Below are positions 34,827 to 42,415 of a stretch of DNA of 64,000 nt, piece by piece (within the stretch, counting starts at the first letter, position 1; each line of letters opens with the position of its first letter). The stretch comes from Desulfobacteraceae bacterium. GTDB taxonomy: Bacteria > Desulfobacterota > Desulfobacteria > Desulfobacterales > JAABSP01. The translations under genes and the position numbers were made by a program. Under the pieces are notes generated by a model. That model made no database searches and was not told the origin of the DNA. It saw only the letters and a program-made list of their open reading frames with translations. The stretch spans positions 4,960-68,959 of the forward strand of contig JAABTM010000002.1 of NCBI GenBank assembly GCA_011389855.1. The letters run 5' to 3'.

Positions 34827-36320
34827 ATGTCCGACATCATCATGGCCCTGGATCAAGGCACCACAAGCTCCCGGACGATCCTTTACAACGACAAGGGCGA
34901 GGCCGTCGCCATGGCCAGCGAGGAGTTTTCCTGCCAATATCCTAAATCCGGCTGGGTGGAACAGGAGGCGGCCGATATCTGGCGGACCCAGAAAAACACC
35001 ATGGACGCAGCCCTCAAAAAAGCCGACCTGACGCTCTCGGACATCGCCGCCATCGGCATCACCAACCAGCGGGAGACGGTGGTTGCGTGGCACGCTGAGA
35101 CGGGCAAAGCCGTGGGCAAGGCCATCGTCTGGCAGTGCCGCCGCACCGCCGACTACTGCGACGAATTGAAGGCCGAAGGGTTCGACAAGGTCATCAAAGA
35201 AAAGACGGGGCTGGTCACCGACGCCTACTTTTCCGGCTCCAAGATCCGCTGGATCCTCCGGAACAACACCGAGGCCCGGGAACTGGCGGGCCAGGGCAAG
35301 CTCAAATTCGGCACCGTCGATTCCTGGCTCATCTGGAAACTCACCAACGGCAAGGTCCACGCCACCGACGTGAGCAACGCCTGCCGCACCATGATCTTCA
35401 ACATCCACACGCTGGAATGGGAACAGGAAATCCTGAAAAAGCTGGGCATTCCCGAAGACACCCTGCCCGAGGTGAAGCCCTCCAGCGGGATCATCGGCAA
35501 GACCGATAAGGCGACCTTCGGCGCCGAGATCCCCATCGCCGGCGTGGCCGGAGACCAGCAGGCGGCTCTCTTCGGCCAGGCCGGATATGAAAAGGGCATG
35601 TCCAAGATCACCTACGGCACCGGCTGTTTCATGGTCATGAACACCGGCAGCGAACCGATCTCCTCCCCGTCGGGTCTGCTCACCACCATCGCCTGGCAGA
35701 TCGGCGACCAGGTGACCTACGCCCTGGAAGGATCGGTCTTCATCGCCGGCGCCCTCATGCAGTGGATGCGCGACGATCTCACTCTTTTCTCGGACGTGGC
35801 GACAACCGAAGAAATGGCCACCGCCATCGAATCGAGCGAGGGGCTCTACATCGTCCCCGCCTTCGTGGGCCTCGGCGCGCCCCACTGGGACCCCTATGCC
35901 CGGGGCGTCATGGTGGGCATCTCCCGGGGCACCACCAAAAACCACATCGTGCGGGCAGGCCTCCAGGCCATGGCCTACCAGGCCAACGACCTGCTGACGG
36001 CCATGACCCAGGATTCCGGCATCAAGACCAAGATCGTAAAAGTGGACGGCGGCGCCAGCGCCAACAACTACCTCTGCCAGTTCCAGGCCGACATCCTCGG
36101 AGTGACCGTCAGCCGCCCCGAAAACGTGGAGACCACCGCCATGGGCGCCGCCTTCCTGGCCGGCCTTGCCGTGGGCGTCTGGAAAGACACCGACCAGATC
36201 AAGGCGTTTTGGAAAGAGGACCGCTCCTTCCACCTCAGCCAGTCCCAGGAGAAGGTGGACCAGTGCCTCCGCGGCTGGCAGCGGGCCGTGGAACGGGCGA
36301 AAGGATGGGCGAAGGCGTAG
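34827..36320 (+). CDS. glpK: glycerol kinase
   Basis: ALDQGTTSSR, GITNQRETVVAW, GDQQAALFGQ and VDGGASANN motifs; 497 aa. Confidence 0.95.
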   Translation: MSDIIMALDQGTTSSRTILYNDKGEAVAMASEEFSCQYPKSGWVEQEAADIWRTQKNTMDAALKKADLTLSDIAAIGITNQRETVVAWHAETGKAVGKAIVWQCRRTADYCDELKAEGFDKVIKEKTGLVTDAYFSGSKIRWILRNNTEARELAGQGKLKFGTVDSWLIWKLTNGKVHATDVSNACRTMIFNIHTLEWEQEILKKLGIPEDTLPEVKPSSGIIGKTDKATFGAEIPIAGVAGDQQAALFGQAGYEKGMSKITYGTGCFMVMNTGSEPISSPSGLLTTIAWQIGDQVTYALEGSVFIAGALMQWMRDDLTLFSDVATTEEMATAIESSEGLYIVPAFVGLGAPHWDPYARGVMVGISRGTTKNHIVRAGLQAMAYQANDLLTAMTQDSGIKTKIVKVDGGASANNYLCQFQADILGVTVSRPENVETTAMGAAFLAGLAVGVWKDTDQIKAFWKEDRSFHLSQSQEKVDQCLRGWQRAVERAKGWAKA

Positions 36321-36323
36321 GGA

Positions 36324-36409
36324 CGCCAGACGTAGAGACGCAATGCATTGCGTCTCTACACCACGCCCCGTCGCCAGACGTAGAGACGCAATGCATTGCG
36401 TCTCTACGT
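36324..36409. repeat. two direct copies of a 36-nt unit, each containing a 28-nt perfect palindrome (REP-like, family 1)
   Basis: cgccagacGTAGAGACGCAATGCATTGCGTCTCTAC occurs at 36324-36359 and 36372-36407. The palindromes are at 36332-36359 and 36380-36407, and the gap between the two units is 12 nt. Confidence 0.9.
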
Positions 36410-36474
36410 TGGACGAAATCGACAAAAATCGCAGGGACGAAAAATATTTCGCCCCTGCCTGGGAAAGGTAAGAA

Positions 36475-37989
36475 ATGCCGCTAAAAAAACCTGTATGCCT
36501 GATCATCCTGGACGGCTGGGGCGCGGCGCCGCCGGACGAGCGCAACGCCATTGCCGCCGCAAAGACCCCGTACATGGACAAATTCCTCTCGACATACCCC
36601 CACGCGACCCTCAAGGCCCACGGCCTCAACGTCGGCCTGCCGGACGGCAACCAGGGCAACAGCGAAGTGGGTCACCTGAACATCGGCGCGGGCCGGATCG
36701 TCCCACAGATGCTGATCCGGATCGACAATGCCGTCGAGGACGGGTCGTTCTACGATAACGATGTTCTGAAAGGCGCGGTGGATCACTGCCGAAAGAACGG
36801 CTCCGCCCTCCATCTCATGGGGCTGGTCCAGGATCAGGGCGTCCACGCGGTGACGCGCCACTGCAATGCGATGTTGGCGCTCTGCGGGAAAATGGGGTTC
36901 GACAACGTCTACGTCCATGTCTTCACCGACGGCCGGGACACCCCGCCCCGATCATGCAAGGGGTGCATCGGCGAACTGATGAACGGAATGAAGGCGGCCG
37001 GCGTCGGGCGCATCGGCGCCATCATCGGCCGGTATTACGCCATGGACCGTGACAAGCGGTGGGAGCGGGTCAAGATCGCCTATGACGGACTTGCTTACGC
37101 CAAGGGCGCGGCCCATGCGGATTGGGAAGAAGCGATCGATGCGGCTTACGCCGCAGGCGAGAACGACGAGTTCATCAAGCCCCGGATCATCGACGGGTTT
37201 CCCGGCATCCGGGACGGCGACGCCATCGTCAATTTCAACTTCCGCCTGGACCGGGCCCGGGAAATGACTCATGCCTTCACGGACCCGGAGTGGGAGGAAT
37301 TCGACCGGAAGGCGATCAGCGACTTAAAATATGTGGGATTTACCCAGTATTACGATGGCGGGAATTTCGACATCGCCTTCGGGCCGAAGGCGCAGACCAA
37401 CATTTTCGGAAAGGTCGTCTCGGACCACGGCCTGACGCAACTGCGGTGCGCCGAGACCGAAAAATACGCCCACGTCACCTTTTTCTTCAACGATTCGGAT
37501 GAGACCCCGTTCCAAAACGAAGAGCGCATCCTCGTTCCGTCCCCCCCGGTGGCCACCTACGACCTGAAGCCGGAGATGAGCGCCTACGAGGTTCGGGACA
37601 AGCTGCTGGCGGCCGTGGCCTCCGATAACTACGATGTTATCATCGCCAACTACGCCAACGGCGACATGGTGGGCCACACCGGGGTCTTCGACGCGGCGGT
37701 CCAGGCGGTCCAGGCGGTGGATGCGTGTTGCGGGGAGGTGACCGAGGCGGCGCTGGCAAAAGGCGGCGCGGTCATCATCACCGCCGACCACGGCAACGCC
37801 GAGTGCATGATGCTGGACGACGGCTCGCCCATGACGGCCCACACCACCAATCCCGTGCCGGTGATCGTCTGCGGGATGGAAGAGGTGGATCTGATAAAAG
37901 ACGGAAAGCTGTGCGACCTGGCCCCGACCCTGCTGAAAATACTGGGGATCGAACAGCCGAACGAAATGACCGGCAGGCCGCTTTTTTAG
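36475..37989 (+). CDS. gpmI: 2,3-bisphosphoglycerate-independent phosphoglycerate mutase
   Basis: LIILDGWG, NSEVGHLNIGAGR, ITADHGNAE and ANYANGDMVGHTG motifs. Confidence 0.95.
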   Translation: MPLKKPVCLIILDGWGAAPPDERNAIAAAKTPYMDKFLSTYPHATLKAHGLNVGLPDGNQGNSEVGHLNIGAGRIVPQMLIRIDNAVEDGSFYDNDVLKGAVDHCRKNGSALHLMGLVQDQGVHAVTRHCNAMLALCGKMGFDNVYVHVFTDGRDTPPRSCKGCIGELMNGMKAAGVGRIGAIIGRYYAMDRDKRWERVKIAYDGLAYAKGAAHADWEEAIDAAYAAGENDEFIKPRIIDGFPGIRDGDAIVNFNFRLDRAREMTHAFTDPEWEEFDRKAISDLKYVGFTQYYDGGNFDIAFGPKAQTNIFGKVVSDHGLTQLRCAETEKYAHVTFFFNDSDETPFQNEERILVPSPPVATYDLKPEMSAYEVRDKLLAAVASDNYDVIIANYANGDMVGHTGVFDAAVQAVQAVDACCGEVTEAALAKGGAVIITADHGNAECMMLDDGSPMTAHTTNPVPVIVCGMEEVDLIKDGKLCDLAPTLLKILGIEQPNEMTGRPLF

Positions 37990-38102
37990 AACCGGGCCTC
38001 ATCGCAAGGATGCACAAAGCCATCACCGTGATCCAGTTCCGAAATTTCCAAAACCCCGGAAGCATGGTCTTACAATAAGAAGCACTTCAAGACCTCGAAA
38101 AA

Positions 38103-38191
38103 AGACCTACGAGGTTTCTAAAACCTCGTAGGTCTGGGTTGGACGCCAAAAAAGAAAAAGACCTACGAGGTTTCCAAAACTTCGTAGGTCT
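38103..38191. repeat. two further copies of the family-2 hairpin (gpmI-glgA spacer)
   Basis: agacctacgaggtttctaaaacctcgtaggtct (38103-38135) and agacctacgaggtttccaaaacttcgtaggtct (38159-38191). A partial aagacctcg lies at about 38089. Confidence 0.9.
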
Positions 38192-38215
38192 GGTTTAAAA
38201 AGGAAGGAATGGTCA

Positions 38216-39655
38216 TTGAAAATCCTCTACCTCTCCCCTGAAATCGCCCCCTTCGCCAAGACCGGGGGTCTCGCCGACGTGGCCCGGGCCCTGCCCCCGG
38301 CCATCAGCGAGTTGGGCCACGACATCCGAACCATGATGCCCCGTTATTTCAACTTCGACGCGGGGGCGGCCCCCATGGAGCGGGCCCTCAAGTTCACCGT
38401 GGGGATGCACAACGGCCTGCGGGCGGCCAGTCTGTGGAAGACGGAATCCGGGGGCGCACCGGTCTATTTCATCGCCAACGAGGAATTCTTCTTCCGGGAC
38501 GGTCTTTACGGCATCGGCGACCGGGACTATCCGGACAACCTGGAGCGGTTCGTCTTCTTCTGCAAGGCGGCCCTGGAGGCGTGCCGGGGGATCGGTTTTT
38601 TGCCCGACGTCATCCACTGCAACGACTGGCAGACGGCGGCCCTGCCGGCGATCCTGAAGCTCATCTACGGGGTGTATCGGCGGGATCCGTTTTTCGATCC
38701 GCTGCCCAGAGCCGTCTATTCCATCCATAACCTTTCTTATCAGGGCCGGTTCACCGAGGATCTATGGCCGGTACTCTCCATCCCCCGGAGCTATTACACC
38801 TACGACTTCGAGTTCTACGGGCAAATCAACCTGAGCAAGGGCGCCATCCACTTCGCCGACGCCGTCACCACGGTGAGCGAAACCTACGCAAGGGAGATCC
38901 GGGAGACCGAGTTCGGGTACGGCCTCCAGGGCTCTCTGGAAAACCGCCGGGCCGATCTTCACGGCATCCTCAACGGCGTCGATTACATCGAATGGAACCC
39001 GGAGGTCGATCCTCACGCCTACGGAATCACCTATTCCGCCGACGACCTGTCGGGCAAGCGGGAGATCAAGTCGCGGCTGCGGGCCGAATACGGTCTGCCG
39101 AACAAAGACGACGTCCCCGTCATCGGCATGGTGGCCCGCTTTGTTCAGCAGAAAGGAATGGACTTGATGGTCGACTGCGCCGAACACATCCTCCGACTGA
39201 ACGCCCAACTCCTCGTGCTGGGATCGGGCGATCCCCAATACCAGGATTTCTTCGAAGGACTTCGGCGCGCCCATCCCGACCGGGTGGGGATCTATATCGG
39301 TTTCAACAACGCCCTGGCCCACAAGATCGAGGCCGGGGCGGACATCTTCCTCATGCCGTCCCATTTCGAGCCCTGCGGATTGAACCAGATCTACAGCCTC
39401 AGATACGGAACCCTGCCGGTGGTCCGCCTCACCGGCGGTCTGGCCGACACCATCCGGGACGGCGAGAACGGCTTCACCTTCTCCGCCTTCAGCGTTTTCC
39501 CTTTTTACGAAGCGGTCCGGCGGGCCGTGGACACGTTCCGGAATCAACCGGAGGAGTGGCGGAAAATGATGCGCGCCGCCATGGCCGAGGACTATTCCTG
39601 GAAAAAATCAGCGGAAAAATACATCGACGTCTACCGCTCGATCACCGGCAAATAA
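38216..39655 (+). CDS. glgA: glycogen (starch) synthase, GT5 ADP-glucose type
   Basis: MKILYLSPEIAPFAKTGGLADV (KTGGL motif) and a C-terminal PSHFEPCGLNQIYSLRYGTLPVV. TTG start at 38216. Confidence 0.9.
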   Translation: MKILYLSPEIAPFAKTGGLADVARALPPAISELGHDIRTMMPRYFNFDAGAAPMERALKFTVGMHNGLRAASLWKTESGGAPVYFIANEEFFFRDGLYGIGDRDYPDNLERFVFFCKAALEACRGIGFLPDVIHCNDWQTAALPAILKLIYGVYRRDPFFDPLPRAVYSIHNLSYQGRFTEDLWPVLSIPRSYYTYDFEFYGQINLSKGAIHFADAVTTVSETYAREIRETEFGYGLQGSLENRRADLHGILNGVDYIEWNPEVDPHAYGITYSADDLSGKREIKSRLRAEYGLPNKDDVPVIGMVARFVQQKGMDLMVDCAEHILRLNAQLLVLGSGDPQYQDFFEGLRRAHPDRVGIYIGFNNALAHKIEAGADIFLMPSHFEPCGLNQIYSLRYGTLPVVRLTGGLADTIRDGENGFTFSAFSVFPFYEAVRRAVDTFRNQPEEWRKMMRAAMAEDYSWKKSAEKYIDVYRSITGK

Positions 39656-39836
39656 AGGACCGATAATGGAAGCCGCCCCCAGGGCGTTGCCCTTGTTTGC
39701 CGGAGGGCTTGGTCGTCGTCGCCCAGTACCGATTTGATGGCGATACCCTTCGCGGAGCCGTTCTATTTTTGCCTGGAAGCATGGTTCTGTTGCGCCCCTT
39801 GAACTGCCCGGAGGAAATATGATAAGCTGATTTCCA

Positions 39837-39870
39837 GAATTGCCCGTCCCACGGGCAATTCGTATTTATT
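39837..39870 (+). terminator. strong hairpin with U-rich tail in the glgA-downstream spacer
   Basis: gaattgcccgt ccc acgggcaattc (11-bp stem, 39837-39861) followed by gtatttatt. It lies about 180 nt after the glgA stop. Confidence 0.4.
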
Positions 39871-39932
39871 GAGGACTGATCGCGGGAAAAACGCATCGAA
39901 CAATAAAAATGCTACGAGAGAGAGGATAATTA

Positions 39933-40757
39933 ATGCCTTTATTTACCATAGATTTGGAAAAATGCCAGCGAGAGGGCGCCTGCGTCGCGGAATGCCCGGC
40001 CCGCATTATTGAATTGACGGGAAAAGACGGCTCGCCCGAGCCGGTGGAGGGCGCCGGCGCTCTTTGCATCAACTGCGGCCACTGCATGGCGGTTTGTCCC
40101 CACGGGGCCTTGTCTCTGGCGACCATGCCGGTGGCGGAATCCCAGCCCGTCCGCCGGGAGCTGCTGCCGTCCGGAGAGGCCATGGAACACGCCCTTAGAG
40201 CCCGGCGGTCCATCCGAACCTACAGAGACAAACCCGTGGACCGGGACACCCTGGAAAATCTCATCGAAACCGCCCGGTACGCGCCGTCCGGCCACAACTG
40301 CCAGCCGGTATCCTGGCTGGTGATCCACGATACGAAGGAAGCCCGACGGCTGGCCGGCATGGTGATCGATTGGATGCGCCACACCATCGAAACCCAGCCG
40401 GAACTTGCCGGCGCCTTTCGCATGGATCGCGTGGTGGCGGGATGGGAAGGCGGAGAAGACCCGGTGCTCCGGGGCGCCCCCCATGTGATCGTAACCCATG
40501 CTCCCAAGAGTATGCTGCCGGCGCCCGCCGCCTGCACCATCGCCCTGAACTGCTTGGAGCTGGCGGTCTTTTCCCGCAGCCTCGGCGCCTGCTGGGCCGG
40601 GTATTTCAACACCGCCGCCACCCAGTGGGGGCCCATGAAGGAGGCCCTGGGGCTGCCTGACGACCACGCGCCTTTCGGGTCGATGATGATCGGCCATCCC
40701 CGGTACGACTACCACCGGCTGCCCAAGCGGAAGCCGGCCAAAATCCTGTGGCGATAA
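39933..40757 (+). CDS. nitroreductase-family protein with N-terminal 2x[4Fe-4S] ferredoxin domain
   Basis: CQREGACVAECP and CINCGHCMAVCP clusters, followed by RRSIRTYRDKPV...ARYAPSGHNCQP (nitroreductase FMN-binding N-terminus). Confidence 0.85.
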   Translation: MPLFTIDLEKCQREGACVAECPARIIELTGKDGSPEPVEGAGALCINCGHCMAVCPHGALSLATMPVAESQPVRRELLPSGEAMEHALRARRSIRTYRDKPVDRDTLENLIETARYAPSGHNCQPVSWLVIHDTKEARRLAGMVIDWMRHTIETQPELAGAFRMDRVVAGWEGGEDPVLRGAPHVIVTHAPKSMLPAPAACTIALNCLELAVFSRSLGACWAGYFNTAATQWGPMKEALGLPDDHAPFGSMMIGHPRYDYHRLPKRKPAKILWR

Positions 40758-40797
40758 TCCCAACCACCGAACCTGTTCAGACAAAGGAGAAGACTCC

Positions 40798-41373
40798 ATG
40801 AAAGTGATCGCATTCAACGGAAGCGCCCGAAAAGACGGCAACACGGCAAGCATGGTCCGCGCGGCCCTGACGGAAATCGAAAAAGCCGGCATCGAGACGG
40901 AATTCTACCAGTTTTCAGGAAAGAAGATCCAGGGCTGCATCGCCTGTTACAAATGCATGGAGAACAAGGACCAGCGGTGCGCCGTGGACAAGGACGCGGC
41001 CAACGAGTGCATCGAAAAGATGCTGGCCGCCGACGGGATGATCCTGGCCTCCCCCACCTATTTCGCGGACATCAGCGCTGAACTCAAGGCCCTCATCGAC
41101 CGGGCCGGTCTGGTGGCCAAGGCCAACGGCGACATGTATAAACGGAAGGTCGGCGCGGCCCTGGTGGCGGCCCGGCGCGGCGGGGCCATCCACGCCTTCG
41201 ATTCCATCAACCATTTTTTCACCATCAGCCAGATGATCATCCCCGGCTCCAATTACTGGAACATGGGGTTCGGCATGGACAAGGGGGATGTGGAAAAGGA
41301 CGAGGAAGGGATCGAAACGGCCCGCGTCCTGGGCGAGAACATGGCCTGGCTGATGAAAAAGCTCTACGCCTAG
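40798..41373 (+). CDS. iron-sulfur flavoprotein / NADPH-dependent FMN reductase family
   Basis: MKVIAFNGSARKDGNTASMV flavodoxin-like start and an Isf-type compact cysteine motif, GCIACYKCMENKDQRCA. Confidence 0.8.
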   Translation: MKVIAFNGSARKDGNTASMVRAALTEIEKAGIETEFYQFSGKKIQGCIACYKCMENKDQRCAVDKDAANECIEKMLAADGMILASPTYFADISAELKALIDRAGLVAKANGDMYKRKVGAALVAARRGGAIHAFDSINHFFTISQMIIPGSNYWNMGFGMDKGDVEKDEEGIETARVLGENMAWLMKKLYA

Positions 41374-41381
41374 GAAAAAAC

Positions 41382-42104
41382 TCAGCGCGCCCCGCTGTAT
41401 TCCGCCAGAAACCGGTTGAAAAAGGCGGTCATGAAGGCGTGGCGTTCTTCGGCCATGCGGCGGCCGGTGGGAGTCAGCATCCGGTCTTTGATGCCGATGA
41501 GTTTGACTTTGAACTCCCGGTAGCCGGTGTCGTCGATGGAGTAGGATTCGGTCCGCTCGACATCCACGTCGGGGTTGTGGAGCCGGGCCCCGATCTCCCC
41601 GGCAAAGAGATAGGCCCGGGCCACCCCTACGGCGCCGATAGAATCCATTTTATCGGCGTCGAAGAGGACCCGGGCCTCCAGGGTTTCGGGCCGCTGGTCC
41701 CCGCGGAACCGGTGGGTTCGGATGCAGTGGCGGATGTTGGCCTTCTGATCCGCTGAAAGCGAAAGGGGTTGAAGAATCGGCCCGGCCAGTTCCGCGCCTT
41801 TTTGGGCGTGGCAGACCCGGCCGTTGACCCGGTCCTGGTCCGCCCGGCCGATGTCGTGGAGCAGCGCGGCGACCCGCAGAACGGCCATGTCGGCCGCTTC
41901 CGCGGCGCCGATGCGCTCGCAGAGGTTACAGACCCGGCGGGTGTGCTCCCAGTCGTGGCTGCCCCGGGCGTTTCTGAAAAACGACCGGGCCGCGGCTTCC
42001 GCTTTCCGAACCGCCGGGTCTATTTCCGTTGCCATACCGGACCATACGGGGTTTTTTTCGGGAGAGATCGGGTGGGACGTTGGATCATTATTTGTAATTG
42101 ACAA
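41382..42104 (-). CDS. HD-domain metal-dependent phosphohydrolase
   Basis: HDWEHTRRV and ALLHDIGR motifs, plus FDADKMDSIG. Start is uncertain (ATG at 42104 or 42035). Confidence 0.75.
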   Translation of the reverse strand: MSITNNDPTSHPISPEKNPVWSGMATEIDPAVRKAEAAARSFFRNARGSHDWEHTRRVCNLCERIGAAEAADMAVLRVAALLHDIGRADQDRVNGRVCHAQKGAELAGPILQPLSLSADQKANIRHCIRTHRFRGDQRPETLEARVLFDADKMDSIGAVGVARAYLFAGEIGARLHNPDVDVERTESYSIDDTGYREFKVKLIGIKDRMLTPTGRRMAEERHAFMTAFFNRFLAEYSGAR

Positions 42105-42375
42105 GGGCTTCTCGGTACGCCTCGTCCAGGTCGTTCCAGGCGGTTTCCACGCTGCTTTTGAGGTTTTCCCGTCGGCCCTCGTCGGCGGACTGGAGTTCCG
42201 CCAAGGTTTTCAGGGCGTATTCCTGCTTCAGCTCCAGTTCGGCGATCTGTTTTTCGATATCGATTTTTGAGCCGGTTCCGGCCGACTGAGCCTTGGATTT
42301 CAGGTCGGCGATCTCCTTCCGCCGCGTCTCGAGTTTGGATTCCATGTCGCTGATGAAGGTGTCTCGGGTCGCCAT
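42088..42375 (-). CDS. small coiled-coil protein (95 aa)
   Basis: Start taken at MATRDTF (42375), preceded by GGAAAGGAAAC. Heptad-rich sequence (KLETRRKEIADLKSKAQ..., IEKQIAELELKQEYALKTLAELQ). The longer track ORF (to 42462) overlaps the upstream gene. Confidence 0.6.
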   Translation of the reverse strand: MATRDTFISDMESKLETRRKEIADLKSKAQSAGTGSKIDIEKQIAELELKQEYALKTLAELQSADEGRRENLKSSVETAWNDLDEAYREALVNYK

Positions 42376-42415
42376 ACTGTTTCCTTTCCGTTGGGGTCCT
42401 CGAAGGTGCGCGGCG

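Noticed and set aside
36324-36409. Possible mini-CRISPR array, since these are direct repeats of 36 nt.
   Set aside because: There are only two repeats, the intervening sequence is 12 nt, the repeats are fully palindromic, and there are no cas genes in the window. This fits REP-like elements, not CRISPR.
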